A stretch of DNA of 64,000 nucleotides from Candidatus Cloacimonadota bacterium (GCA_002742885.1 PDOO01000029.1:9043-73042); one strand, 5' to 3'; counted from the first letter of the stretch, positions 19,375 through 29,627 are shown. The notes: generated by a model from the letters alone, not told the origin. Numbers and translations: made by a program.

Positions 19375-20745
19375 TTGGGACAAAACAATGATGTTTTTGA
19401 TTTAAACAATAAGAAAAAAATAATTATTATTGATGATAATGATATGGTTCGTTCTGTTATCAGGTCAATGCTTGAAAGTTTGCATTACGATTGCATTACT
19501 GCCGAAAACGGTTTAACAGGTTTGGAATTGATTAAAAAAGAAAAGGTTGATCTTGCTTTTATTGATTTGGATATGCCCGTAATGGACGGATTTGAACTTT
19601 TAAATATTTTGAATAAAGAATATCCTACTTTGCCTGTTTTGATTGTTTCCGGGAGCAGCGATATCGAAAGCGCCATAAGAGCAATTAAAAAAGGAGCTTG
19701 GGACTTTATAGTAAAACCGGTTTTCAATTTGGATCTTGTTGATGCCAATATAAAGCAGGCATTTGAAAAATCTGATCTTATGAAAAAAAACATTCGTTAC
19801 GAACAAGAACTTGAGGAAATGGTAATAAAAAGAACCGCAAAACTTAAAGAGCAGGCCCTTGCATTAGAGAAATCTTACGTTGAATTATCAAAAGAGATAA
19901 AGCAAAGAATGATTGCAGAAGAAAAATTATCGGACTTAAATCGCAAGCTTGAATTGAAAGTGAAAGAAAGAACCGGACAATTGGAAAAATTGAATAAAAA
20001 ATTGCAAGCATCCGTTACCGAACTTCGGGAAGATGAAATTGCCGGACGTAAAATTCAATTTGAGCTTTTACCGGAAAAAAACAAAAAGATTTCCGGATAT
20101 GAATTAAACCATTATTTGATTCCGTCCGATTATTTGAGCGGAGATTTCATTGATTATTTTAACGTCGGAGAGAATCATTTGGTCTTTTATTTGGCAGATG
20201 TTTCGGGACACGGCGTTCCGGCAGCGTTCATTACTGTTTTTCTTAAAAATTTTGTCCGTAAGTATCTTGATTTATTTAATTGGGAGTTTAACGACATTGT
20301 ATTGCAACCGCATGAAATTTGTCGTCTTTTGAATTGTGAAATGCTTGATTTTGTCTCCGATAAGTTTATAACGCTTTTTTACGGAGTAATAGATTTGCGT
20401 AAAAATACTTTATCCTGCATAAATTGCGGTCAATATCCTCAACCTGTTATTTATAAAAACGGAAAAGCCGAATATATAAATTTGAAAGGATCGCCTTTGG
20501 GCATAATTGATAATATATCGGCAGAATCAACAGAAATAGATTTTAACGTAAACGATAAAATTGTTTGTCTTTCGGACGGAATTCTGGAAATTCTTCCGCA
20601 ATACCCTTCTCTCAAAGACAGGCATGACATAATACTGACTCTTTTTGATGAACATGATGTTGAAGGAGTTATTAATAATCATAAATTAAACAGTAACCGC
20701 ATTCCGGATGACGTAACCCTTCTGACAATAGAGAGAAAGGAATAA
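19375..20745 (+). CDS. response regulator receiver fused to PP2C/SpoIIE-type phosphatase (RsbU-like)
   Basis: It has a REC domain ('IIIIDDNDMV...DLAFIDLDMPVMDG...KP'), a coiled-coil linker and a PP2C block 'SGDFIDYF...LADVSGHGVPAA...DGILE'. It uses a TTG start 7 nt after AAGGAG. Confidence 0.85.
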   Translation: MGQNNDVFDLNNKKKIIIIDDNDMVRSVIRSMLESLHYDCITAENGLTGLELIKKEKVDLAFIDLDMPVMDGFELLNILNKEYPTLPVLIVSGSSDIESAIRAIKKGAWDFIVKPVFNLDLVDANIKQAFEKSDLMKKNIRYEQELEEMVIKRTAKLKEQALALEKSYVELSKEIKQRMIAEEKLSDLNRKLELKVKERTGQLEKLNKKLQASVTELREDEIAGRKIQFELLPEKNKKISGYELNHYLIPSDYLSGDFIDYFNVGENHLVFYLADVSGHGVPAAFITVFLKNFVRKYLDLFNWEFNDIVLQPHEICRLLNCEMLDFVSDKFITLFYGVIDLRKNTLSCINCGQYPQPVIYKNGKAEYINLKGSPLGIIDNISAESTEIDFNVNDKIVCLSDGILEILPQYPSLKDRHDIILTLFDEHDVEGVINNHKLNSNRIPDDVTLLTIERKE

Positions 20746-20755
20746 AATTAAAGGC

Positions 20756-21262
20756 ATGGTTCATCTTTATACGGGAAACGGAAAAGGCAAAACTACTTCA
20801 GCTTTCGGATTGGCTCTGAGAGCGGTCGGAGCAGGGAAAAAAGTTTTTATCGGACAATTTATAAAGGGAATGACTTATTCCGAAGTTAAATTGTGCAACG
20901 ATAAACTGCCGGATATAAAAACAGATCTTTTCGGAAATGAATGTTTTCTTGACAGAACTCCGGATGAGAAAGATATCAGTAATGCCAAAGACGGTTTAAT
21001 AAAGATCAGGGACGTTTTGCGTTCAGGCAAATATCAACTCGTTATTTTAGACGAAGTTACTATTGCCGTTTATTATAATTTGTTTTCATCTCAGGAGTTG
21101 CTGAGAATTTTGCATGAAAAAAATCCGGAAACCGAAGTTGTTTTAACGGGACGTTACGCTTCTCCTGATTTAATAGAATTTGCCGACTTGGTAACAGAAA
21201 TGAGAGAAATAAAACATTATTATGCCAAAGGAGTTCTTTCCCGTAAAGGTATAGAGTTCTAA
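20756..21262 (+). CDS. cobO: cob(I)yrinic acid a,c-diamide / corrinoid adenosyltransferase
   Basis: 'LYTGNGKGKTTSAFGLALRAVGAGKKVFIGQFIKG' and 'LVILDE' match the CobO/BtuR P-loop family. Confidence 0.85.
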   Translation: MVHLYTGNGKGKTTSAFGLALRAVGAGKKVFIGQFIKGMTYSEVKLCNDKLPDIKTDLFGNECFLDRTPDEKDISNAKDGLIKIRDVLRSGKYQLVILDEVTIAVYYNLFSSQELLRILHEKNPETEVVLTGRYASPDLIEFADLVTEMREIKHYYAKGVLSRKGIEF

Positions 21263-22989
21263 AAATTATATATTATTTGAAAAGCATATTCTTTTTGGTC
21301 TTTTTTGTCTAAACAGTCTCTGAAATAAATTTCCGATTTTAAATTTCTTCTGATATTTTGTTTCAGCAACAAAACCAAGGCGGAACCTGAACCGTTATGA
21401 ATACGATTCAATAAAACTCCCGTTAAATTATTTTCATGTTCATATAAGCTTATTTTAGTGTCCCAAGCCGTTAACCTTACATAAAAATTGTACAGTTTTT
21501 TGTGCATTTCCAATTGAGCATAGACCAGAAATCCGCTTTTGTATTTATTTTCCGATTTTTCTTCTTTGAATTGAATATTCTGAGTTATTTTTAATGATTT
21601 TGACGGCATGATATGATGTTTCAGGCGATAAGTTCTTGTTCTTAAACTAAACCTTGAATTTGATATTCCCGTTTTCTTTTGTTTTACGGATAATGCGAAA
21701 ATTTTTGACTTAACGGTTATCTTTTGGTTGAAGCGAGATTTTTTAAAAGGAAATTCAGACGATTTTTTACGAGTATAACCTGTATTTAACATGTACTCTA
21801 ATTTTATTTTATTGAAAAGCTTAGTTTCCGTTTTCCATAATATGCCTTTTTCTTCCGTATGCAAAGCTTGCGAAAATCTTATGGCATTTTGGTGAAAAGA
21901 ATGATATTTTGCCGGGAAATGTCTGTAAGAAAGGACAGATTTTAAACTGTCTGTCATAAATCCCGTCCCTATATGAAAAGCCGAAATCTTATTTGAGTTT
22001 GCCAGCTCTCCGAAGCAGGATAAATTATCGTATTTTAGAGTTCCGATAAGAGATACGAGATTATTGTTTTTGCTGAGATAAGGGTTGTTAAATGAATGTG
22101 AAAAATTGTCTGTTGCAGCCGAAATTCCGATATCCGCATAAGTTGATTGAAAGAATAAATCGACTCCTGCGATGTTTTCTTTAACTTCCGGAGTCTCGTT
22201 TTCAGCATGAATCCCGTCATCGCTTAAAGAAGTAATTTTTCCGTTTTCCAGCCGATAATATTTACCTGTATGAGACATGAATGCGTTTACGGTTACATTT
22301 TCGTAATTGTACCCCGCGCTTACTCCCGAAAGATAACCTGACTCGAAGGATGATTTATGCAATGATATTTTATTGGTCGGATTTATCATTTTCTTAACTG
22401 AGGAAAAATCAGGCTTTCCCAAAGGTTTTGCAAAAACAAGTCCGTATCCCCAGTTTATAATGTAATTTCCGGCGTTTATTTTAAATTTATCTTTTTTTAA
22501 TTCTCCGTAATATGAAGTAAATTCGTATATTTCTTTTTCTGATTTATCTTTTTCCAAAACTAAACCGGCGCTGATTGATTTAGACGAAACCGAATATTTT
22601 TGTAAAAGAGGAAGACTTGATTTCGTTTTTTTGTTTTCGCTTTTATAACTTGTTCTGCATAAAAAATTGAAATTATATTTTTTATTTTTTTCCAAAGTAT
22701 AATAATTTTTCAAGAAAATAACAGTTTCCGGGCTGACTCCGATTTTTTTCAGTTTATTCCAGTTTTCAGGATAGCGATATTTGAGGTAATCCGAAATTAT
22801 CTTTGCTTCTTTGTCTGTTACTTCTTCATGAGCAGACAATTCTTTTGACGAAACAAAATAAATGGATTTTAAAGTTGTTTGATGCTCGGCGTCTTCGTAA
22901 TCTTCTCCGGAAAAATCATCTTCCGCAAATAAAAGGAAGCAAGATAATGACAAGATGACAAATTTAGATTTTAAATTCCAAAGAAACAT
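21259..22989 (-). CDS. hypothetical outer-membrane protein (N-terminal HhH-like segment, beta-rich body)
   Basis: It has a signal peptide and alternating aromatic/polar beta-strand-like composition, and ends in '...AFQIIYNF' (a C-terminal aromatic typical of OM barrels). I recognise no family. Confidence 0.45.
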   Translation of the reverse strand: MFLWNLKSKFVILSLSCFLLFAEDDFSGEDYEDAEHQTTLKSIYFVSSKELSAHEEVTDKEAKIISDYLKYRYPENWNKLKKIGVSPETVIFLKNYYTLEKNKKYNFNFLCRTSYKSENKKTKSSLPLLQKYSVSSKSISAGLVLEKDKSEKEIYEFTSYYGELKKDKFKINAGNYIINWGYGLVFAKPLGKPDFSSVKKMINPTNKISLHKSSFESGYLSGVSAGYNYENVTVNAFMSHTGKYYRLENGKITSLSDDGIHAENETPEVKENIAGVDLFFQSTYADIGISAATDNFSHSFNNPYLSKNNNLVSLIGTLKYDNLSCFGELANSNKISAFHIGTGFMTDSLKSVLSYRHFPAKYHSFHQNAIRFSQALHTEEKGILWKTETKLFNKIKLEYMLNTGYTRKKSSEFPFKKSRFNQKITVKSKIFALSVKQKKTGISNSRFSLRTRTYRLKHHIMPSKSLKITQNIQFKEEKSENKYKSGFLVYAQLEMHKKLYNFYVRLTAWDTKISLYEHENNLTGVLLNRIHNGSGSALVLLLKQNIRRNLKSEIYFRDCLDKKDQKEYAFQIIYNF

Positions 22990-23746
22990 GATGGGTCAGA
23001 GGCAGGATTGTATGAGTTAAAATACTCCAGGTTAAATTTATTTTGCGAAAAGAAATAATTGCTCCTGCTCCCAGTCTTTCCGGATTTTGCTGGTAACTGA
23101 CGATTAAACCTAATTCTTTGAAAGGACGAACCGCAATTCCGCTTTTGATAATCGGTTCAAAGTCGGTTTGTTTTTCCAGTCCCAATGATATTTTGGCAAA
23201 CGAAGTCAGTTGAAATGCTGTTTCCGTAATTATATGAGTCGGTAACTTTTCGCCGGAAACAGATGCTCGCATTATGTTTTTTACGGAAGCATGAATATCG
23301 TATCTTTTATATTTAAAATGAAACCCTGCGTCAAACAGAGAGGAATAATCATGGTCATAATTTCTTACATTACAATAGATTAAGCGATAATTAAGCCCTG
23401 CTTCAAAAAATTTGAATTTATATGAAAATCCCAGAAGAGAGTTACTTTCCGAGTAAAGGTTATTGTCCAAAAAGTATTCATGGAAGAAAAAGTTTATTTT
23501 TTGTTTTTGAACCGAGACTCCCGAATAATATGCTGTAATTTCGTTTAAATTGTATAGATTGGAACAGGCAAATTCAATACCCTGAGAATTAACGGACGGA
23601 TTGATAAATGAGCCGGAACAAGTCGGTTCCAAAAGAAGAAGATTGTTGCCGGCGCTCGCAGTTGCCGAGGGATTTAAGAGAAGATCCGCCGCATAAGAAA
23701 AAGAGCCGATCAAAAATATGACCAGCCCGATTGAAAATTTTTTCAT
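22964..23746 (-). CDS. hypothetical outer-membrane beta-barrel protein
   Basis: It has a signal peptide 'MKKFSIGLVIFLIGSFSYA' and beta-barrel-like alternation. It overlaps the downstream OM gene by 26 nt. Confidence 0.45.
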   Translation of the reverse strand: MKKFSIGLVIFLIGSFSYAADLLLNPSATASAGNNLLLLEPTCSGSFINPSVNSQGIEFACSNLYNLNEITAYYSGVSVQKQKINFFFHEYFLDNNLYSESNSLLGFSYKFKFFEAGLNYRLIYCNVRNYDHDYSSLFDAGFHFKYKRYDIHASVKNIMRASVSGEKLPTHIITETAFQLTSFAKISLGLEKQTDFEPIIKSGIAVRPFKELGLIVSYQQNPERLGAGAIISFRKINLTWSILTHTILPLTHHVSLEFKI

Positions 23747-23773
23747 CTTCTCCTCTTTTTAGGGTTATTGCAA

Positions 23774-24877
23774 TCAATAAAGACAAATCTCCGTTTCTGA
23801 ATCGAAAAAGTGAGCTTTTTTCATATCTAAAGCAGCAACGAATTTTTTATCGGGTTCCGGCATTCTTTTGGGATCTATTCTTGCCGTAAGTTTGTTTTTA
23901 CCGGCAAGAAGATAAAGAATAAATTCATTTCCCATCGGTTCAACAACTTCGCAAACCGTTTCCAAGGCGCGAGGTTCCTCGGCAAGGGAACTGAAATCTT
24001 TGTCGTAAATATCTTCCGGACGGATTCCGAGGATAATTTCTTTTCCTGTATAATCGGAAAGCATATCTTTTTGATCTTCAGTGAGAGTTATTTTTATGTC
24101 TTCGGAAATAAAAGCTACCTGATTATTTTCTTTTGTCAGTTTTCCTGAAATACGATTAATGGAAGGACTGCCTATAAATCCGGCAACAAAGAGATTTTTG
24201 GGATTATTATAAACGTTAAGGGGAGAATCTATTTGTTGGATAACTCCGTCTTTCATTACAACGATTTTATCGCCCATGGTCATTGCTTCGACTTGGTCAT
24301 GAGTTACGTAAATCATTGTAGTGGAGAGTCTTCTGTGTAACTTTATTATCTCGGCGCGCATTTGCACTCTGAGTTTGGCATCCAGGTTTGACAACGGTTC
24401 GTCAAAAAGAAAAACTCTCGGTTTTCGTACGATTGCTCGGCCCAAAGCTACGCGCTGACGCTGACCGCCCGATAACTCTTTCGGCTTTCTGTCAAGTAAG
24501 TGCTCAATGTCGAGCATTTTGGCAGCTTCTCTTACTTTTGCGTCAATTTCATCTTTAGGAGTTTTGCGAAGTTTTAAGGCAAAAGACATGTTTTGATAAA
24601 CCGTCATATGCGGATAGAGAGCGTAATTCTGAAAAACCATGGCAATATCGCGGTCTTTCGGAGCAATATTATTTACAATTTTATCGCCTATTTTTATTTC
24701 TCCGTCACTTATGTCTTCCAAGCCGGCTATCATTCTTAAAGTTGTGGTTTTGCCGCAACCGGACGGACCGACTAAAATTACAAATTCCTTATCTTCTGCA
24801 ATAAAATTTGCATTTTTTACGGCATGAAATTTATTATCGTAAAATTTATTAACATTCTTGACCTGTACCTGAGCCAT
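23774..24877 (-). CDS. ABC transporter ATP-binding protein, MalK/UgpC/MsmX type (orphan, no permease nearby)
   Basis: Walker A 'GPSGCGKTT', Q-loop, signature 'LSGGQRQR', Walker B 'FLFDEPLSNLD', and a C-terminal TOBE-like regulatory domain. Confidence 0.9.
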   Translation of the reverse strand: MAQVQVKNVNKFYDNKFHAVKNANFIAEDKEFVILVGPSGCGKTTTLRMIAGLEDISDGEIKIGDKIVNNIAPKDRDIAMVFQNYALYPHMTVYQNMSFALKLRKTPKDEIDAKVREAAKMLDIEHLLDRKPKELSGGQRQRVALGRAIVRKPRVFLFDEPLSNLDAKLRVQMRAEIIKLHRRLSTTMIYVTHDQVEAMTMGDKIVVMKDGVIQQIDSPLNVYNNPKNLFVAGFIGSPSINRISGKLTKENNQVAFISEDIKITLTEDQKDMLSDYTGKEIILGIRPEDIYDKDFSSLAEEPRALETVCEVVEPMGNEFILYLLAGKNKLTARIDPKRMPEPDKKFVAALDMKKAHFFDSETEICLY

Positions 24878-24945
24878 TTAAATCCTCACTTGGTTAACTT
24901 TTTTTTATTGTTTAAATTATAATATTTTTTTATCTGATCAGATTT

Positions 24946-26097
24946 TTACTCTTCATTAAATTCGCCGGATAAATCCAACATCAATTGATTGTCCGAATAA
25001 TTGGTATATTCGGCAGAATCTATGTTTTTCAATTTATTCAGAATACTTTGTATTCTATTTATCGCATTGAAAGATTTATCCAAATATTTTTTTTCTTTTT
25101 CGTTTAGATTATCTCCGATTCGATGGACAAGCAAATCCAAATTTCCCTGTAAAATCATTAGCGGCTGATTAATTTCGTGATTAGCGGTAACGCCCGTTGC
25201 CAAAACTGCGTTTTTCTTTTCCGATTGCAGTAATTTGTTTTGTGTTGTTCTCAAAGAATCGTTGCTTTCTTTTAATTTTTCTATTAATAACTCGTTATCT
25301 TGAATTTTTTGATCCAGTAATTTCAAAGATTTTATCCTTTCCAAATGATTATGTAAACGAGCAACCAATTCTTCTTTCAGGAAAGGTTTGGTAATATAAT
25401 CGGTAATTCCGTGAGTGAAGAAATTAAGTATTTCTTCGTTGCTGCTGTCCGGCGAAGTTATGATTACCGGTATTTTTTTATTTCCCAGATTATGTCTTAT
25501 GAAAAATGTAAGCTCAATACCGTTTATATCCGGAAGGTTATACTCCAAGAAGACTAAATCCAAATCCTGAATATTTTCGGATAAAAATTTCCTCGCATCT
25601 TTGGAATTATTGATTACGGTAACTTTTGCTCCTTCATTTTCCAAAGATTTTTTTATAATGCGTTGCGATATTTTGCAATCGTCCACTACCAGAATATTGG
25701 TATCGGAAAAGATAGTTGTCTGAAATAAAATTTCTTCCGCCATCTTATATAATTGTCCGTTTTCGAAAGGTTTTACCAAAAAGTTAATTGCTCCGAGTTC
25801 AAATCCTTTAAAGCGGTCTCTTACGCTGTCTGAGGATGTAACGAAAATTACGGGAACTGCTTCTCTTTTTTTTATCTCCTGAAGATGGCGTATTTTTTCC
25901 AATGTTTCAAAACCTGAAAATCCTTCCATGTTAAGGTCAAGCGTAATCAATGATATATCGTCATGCATTACAAAATATCGAATTGCTTCTTCTCCTGAGC
26001 TTACTTCCGCAAATTCGACATCAAGTCCTTCAAGTTCTTTTTTTATAATCGTTCTTATAATTTTATTGTCATCTACTATCAATATTTTCATGCTCAA
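24946..26097 (-). CDS. tandem receiver (REC-REC) protein with C-terminal H-box/DHp-like domain and no ATPase domain
   Basis: There are two REC domains ('ILIVDDN...LDLNMEG...KP' and 'ILVVDDC...LEYNLPD...KP'). A coiled coil follows, then 'ANHEINQPLMILQGNLDLL...INRIQSILNKL'. The protein ends about 30 aa later. Confidence 0.75.
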   Translation of the reverse strand: MSMKILIVDDNKIIRTIIKKELEGLDVEFAEVSSGEEAIRYFVMHDDISLITLDLNMEGFSGFETLEKIRHLQEIKKREAVPVIFVTSSDSVRDRFKGFELGAINFLVKPFENGQLYKMAEEILFQTTIFSDTNILVVDDCKISQRIIKKSLENEGAKVTVINNSKDARKFLSENIQDLDLVFLEYNLPDINGIELTFFIRHNLGNKKIPVIITSPDSSNEEILNFFTHGITDYITKPFLKEELVARLHNHLERIKSLKLLDQKIQDNELLIEKLKESNDSLRTTQNKLLQSEKKNAVLATGVTANHEINQPLMILQGNLDLLVHRIGDNLNEKEKKYLDKSFNAINRIQSILNKLKNIDSAEYTNYSDNQLMLDLSGEFNEE

Positions 26098-26224
26098 TTC
26101 CGTTAATTTTTATTTTTGAATTTAAGAATTTGATTTATGACTTCAGACAGATTCAAATACAGAAAAAATAATACCGTCGTCAAGAGAAATGAATAAAAAT
26201 ATTATTTTAAGAAATATTCATCTT

Positions 26225-26788
26225 TCATAAAATTGTATTTTCGTCCGAACAGTTTTTTTCGTTCATAAAAATAATATGTGTTAAACCCGCTTCTTTTCGG
26301 GTAATCTCAAATGTTTCCGAAAAATCTTTTAATTTTTCTTTCTTTGAATATTCTGCAACGACACGTCCGCCGGGTTTAAGTATATCAAACTCAATTATTT
26401 TTTCTATTGTGGGATTTATCAAACCTTTGTTGTAGGGAGGATCAAGGAAAATAAGATCATATTTTTTTTCGCATTTACCTAAAAAAGATAAAACTTTTTT
26501 CCGATTTATCCGAGTTTGTTTTTTACAGTTCAATTTCTCTATGTTTTTCCCGATTACGCTTACCGATTTTTGAGAACCGTCAACAAATTCCGCATATCCT
26601 GCTCCGCGACTGAGAGCTTCCAAACCCAAAGAACCTGAGCCTGCATAGAGATCCAGGACATCTGAGTCTTTGCAGTCGAAGAGGGTTGAAAAAATCATTT
26701 CTTTAACCGCATCGGAAGTCGGTCTGGTTGTATTTCCCGGCACAGAGAAAAGATTTGCTTTTTTAAATTTTCCTGAAATTATTCTCAT
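26225..26788 (-). CDS. rsmD: 16S rRNA (guanine966-N2)-methyltransferase
   Basis: 'MRIISGKFKK...PGNTTRPTSDAVKEMIFS', 'LDLYAGSGSLGLEALSRGA' and 'FLDPPY'. Confidence 0.85.
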   Translation of the reverse strand: MRIISGKFKKANLFSVPGNTTRPTSDAVKEMIFSTLFDCKDSDVLDLYAGSGSLGLEALSRGAGYAEFVDGSQKSVSVIGKNIEKLNCKKQTRINRKKVLSFLGKCEKKYDLIFLDPPYNKGLINPTIEKIIEFDILKPGGRVVAEYSKKEKLKDFSETFEITRKEAGLTHIIFMNEKNCSDENTIL

Positions 26789-26834
26789 AAATTTTCCTTT
26801 TTAGGGAATTTTTGTATTTTTGTTTGCATATTAT

Positions 26835-26864
26835 AAAAAAGATAAAAGGGCGTAAAAACGCCCT
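26835..26864 (-). terminator. rho-independent terminator
   Basis: The minus strand reads AGGGCG-UUUUUA-CGCCCU followed by a U-rich tract, just 3' of the 551-aa gene. Confidence 0.65.
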
Positions 26865-26882
26865 GAAATTATTGCCGTATTT

Positions 26883-28538
26883 TTATTTCATAAGCAACAT
26901 TTTGCCGACGACGTTTTTATTGCCGTTGACGAGCCGGTAATAATAAATACCGCTTGCTGCCGCATTATTGTTTTTGTCTTTTCCGTTCCATCTTATTTCG
27001 TAACGCCCTTTCTCCATATTTTGATCAACCAAGGTACAAACTTTTTGACCTTTTACATTGAATATTGAAAGATTGACTTTTCCCGATGAGGAAACATTAT
27101 AAACAATTGATGTTTCCGGGTTTAAAGGATTGGGATAATTGCTTAATTCATTCGGAGTGATTGCTTCAAATGAGTCTTCTTCGTTATCGGTTGTCAAACC
27201 CGTAAATGTTATGTAATCGATTTTTAAGGCGAATCCGTTATTCCCTGCCGGCATATCATGTTGTATCGCCACTCTTATATCTTCTCCGGAATAAGATGAA
27301 AGCGAGTAAGTATATTTTTCGTAATTGAAACCGGTTGTGTCTCTTCCGATTATTTGATAAGCCGCCAAGTTATTCGGGTCTTCTTGGGCAGAAACCGATA
27401 CATTAAAACATTCTTGATTGTAATATTGATCCTGACCCGAAGCGTAAAAACTTATTGATGCTTCTTCTTCAACATGAACTCTCGGAGAGATCAGCCAATT
27501 GTTTACGGCAAAAGCAATTTGATTTACGTTGTCGTAAGAATATGAAACGGCGCAACGATTTCCGTCATAAGCGTCCATTCCGGCAGTGGATAAAGTCCAG
27601 TTAAAATCGTTTTGAGCAACATTTATTCTGAGCCAATTATAAAATCCCAATTCAAAACTCATGCCGTCTCTCGGAATAATGCTGATAGGATCCGTGTAAT
27701 CGGAAACCTCGTCTCCGTAAATTTGAGCAACTTTATAAGAGTAAGTTGTTTCAATCGTTACGTTTGAATCCATATAATAAAGTCCGGCATAATTATCTGC
27801 AATGATTTCCTCGTTGCGTTGAATGACAAATTCTTCCGATTCTCTGTAATCGTAATTTATTTCCGGAATTTCATTTCGCATTTGATTTTCATTGCTTGTC
27901 GCATTTTCGGAATCAATGTAAGGCCTTGCCGCAAGCAGACGTTCTCCCGGCGTTTCAACAACCAAGGTGATGAGAAAATCTCCTTTATCGACAGGATCGT
28001 TTATTGAATAGTCGTTGTTTAAAATATAAGAACTTCCGTCATAATCTTGATCAATTGCGATAACCGGTTTAGCATCGGTGTTTATTCCTGATTCAGGTCT
28101 TATGAAAACACCGAGCACTCCTGAAGCCGGAGTGGCTTCCGCCGGCACTTCAATTTGGTATTCCCAATTATTTGAGGTTGTTGTTTTGTAATTTTCCAGT
28201 ATGTAAACAGGTTGATGAGATGCCCAGTCAAGAAAAACGATGTCGCATGAATCTCCGGGATTGCTCCAGGAAGTGAAAAATTCCACAGAATAAACATTTG
28301 CTGACGGCATGGATGTCAAATCAAAGAGAGAACCGTAAAGTTTTTGTTTATTTTGATAGTATCCGTCATCCGGTATTCCGTCATGCAATTTAATTTCTTG
28401 AGTTCCTTCCGGTATGGCAGGTCCCCAATTTAAGTGGCAGGAACCTTGATCGGAAACAACCGAAAAGTGGCGGGGAGAGTTTAATGCCGATAAGATGCAA
28501 ACAGTCGACATTAAAAATACAGATAAAAATTTTTTCAT
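26883..28538 (-). CDS. secreted T9SS cargo protein (choice-of-anchor-J-like domain)
   Basis: It has a signal peptide and a C-terminal sorting domain 'YPNPLNPETSIVYNV...LSIFNVKGQKV...SGIYYYRL...KMLLMK'. The mid-region 'NNWLISPRV...ISFYASGQD' resembles choice-of-anchor J / cleaved-adhesin folds. Confidence 0.7.
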   Translation of the reverse strand: MKKFLSVFLMSTVCILSALNSPRHFSVVSDQGSCHLNWGPAIPEGTQEIKLHDGIPDDGYYQNKQKLYGSLFDLTSMPSANVYSVEFFTSWSNPGDSCDIVFLDWASHQPVYILENYKTTTSNNWEYQIEVPAEATPASGVLGVFIRPESGINTDAKPVIAIDQDYDGSSYILNNDYSINDPVDKGDFLITLVVETPGERLLAARPYIDSENATSNENQMRNEIPEINYDYRESEEFVIQRNEEIIADNYAGLYYMDSNVTIETTYSYKVAQIYGDEVSDYTDPISIIPRDGMSFELGFYNWLRINVAQNDFNWTLSTAGMDAYDGNRCAVSYSYDNVNQIAFAVNNWLISPRVHVEEEASISFYASGQDQYYNQECFNVSVSAQEDPNNLAAYQIIGRDTTGFNYEKYTYSLSSYSGEDIRVAIQHDMPAGNNGFALKIDYITFTGLTTDNEEDSFEAITPNELSNYPNPLNPETSIVYNVSSSGKVNLSIFNVKGQKVCTLVDQNMEKGRYEIRWNGKDKNNNAAASGIYYYRLVNGNKNVVGKMLLMK

Positions 28539-28676
28539 TATATTCCTCCGAAGTTATCGCTTTTTTATACCAAAAGAAAAATTCAATCGAAATGTCAATT
28601 GAAGATTAAGAAAATAAAAAAAGCATTAACGAGATTATGATTTATAAATAAATGAGAGGGGATTTTTACCTGATAT

Positions 28677-29333
28677 TTATTTGTTTTCCCGCTTATGCCA
28701 AATAAACGAAAAAACAATCGGAATCAGCGTAAAAATAACGATAAAAACCGATAAAGCCGTATTGACAACAGGATTGAAATTTTTCCCGAAAGACATTAAT
28801 ATCATTAGGATTCCCGATGCGAAAAAATTTATTCCTCCCAAGCGATGAGTTTTGCGCCAAACCGTTTCCGATGATAAAGTCCACGGAGTACGAATCCCCA
28901 AAAAGAAATTTGACGGTACTTTGGGAAGCAAGTTACCGATAAACATAAAAAGAAATCCTGTCAGCATAAAAATCGGATTGATTTCGGAATTTATTCTTCC
29001 TGTTGCAATTAACAGCATAAATATGTGTATCATCGCAAAGAAAATTATCATAATCAAATTAAAATCAGGCAATAGTTTTGCAAAACGATCTTCCGATTTT
29101 TTATAGCGAACCGAGTAAAGCGGCATAAAAAACATCATCGCCGAAATAAGCAAATTTATTGCCGGGAACAAAAATATTCCTAATTGTTTTCCTGCGTAAC
29201 CGTCAACCTCGCCTTTAAAATTCCAATGTATCGGGATTTTACCGTCCGCCGGGATTTGCGATGCAATCGCTAAACTTATTATTACTTCAATGATGATGAT
29301 AACGAGTGCTGCCGTAAATTTCTTATTTTTCAT
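28677..29333 (-). CDS. SdpI/YhfL-family membrane protein (DUF1648 + SdpI domains)
   Basis: 'IPIHWNFKGEVDGYAGK' is DUF1648-like and 'NFFLGIRTPWTLSSETVWRKTHRLGG' is an SdpI-family motif. It has about 6 TM segments, and its start overlaps the ArsR gene stop. Confidence 0.8.
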   Translation of the reverse strand: MKNKKFTAALVIIIIEVIISLAIASQIPADGKIPIHWNFKGEVDGYAGKQLGIFLFPAINLLISAMMFFMPLYSVRYKKSEDRFAKLLPDFNLIMIIFFAMIHIFMLLIATGRINSEINPIFMLTGFLFMFIGNLLPKVPSNFFLGIRTPWTLSSETVWRKTHRLGGINFFASGILMILMSFGKNFNPVVNTALSVFIVIFTLIPIVFSFIWHKRENK

Positions 29334-29613
29334 TTTTTCCCTCCTTGTTATCTCCGAAAAGTTCCCAAACGGAACTTATAAATCCTTCTATTACGGAAGT
29401 ATTTAAAAAATAATTAACGTATTGTCCTTTTTTCTCGGATCCGATCAAATCGGCATTTTTCAGAATTTTAAGATGTTCGCTGATTGAAGGCTTGGAAATG
29501 GAAAAATGTTCCGCAATTTTTCCTGCCGTCATATCATTTTCTTTCAGCAATTGCAGAATTTTTCTTCGATTTTTATCTGCCAATGCTTTAAAAACCTTAT
29601 CATTTATAAACAA
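29323..29613 (-). CDS. ArsR/SdpR-family transcriptional repressor
   Basis: 'FKALADKNRRKILQLLKENDMTAGKIAEHFSISKPSISEHLKILKNADLI' is a winged HTH of the ArsR family. It uses a TTG start after GGAGA. Confidence 0.85.
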   Translation of the reverse strand: MFINDKVFKALADKNRRKILQLLKENDMTAGKIAEHFSISKPSISEHLKILKNADLIGSEKKGQYVNYFLNTSVIEGFISSVWELFGDNKEGKNEK

Positions 29614-29627
29614 GCGCTCTCCGTTAG

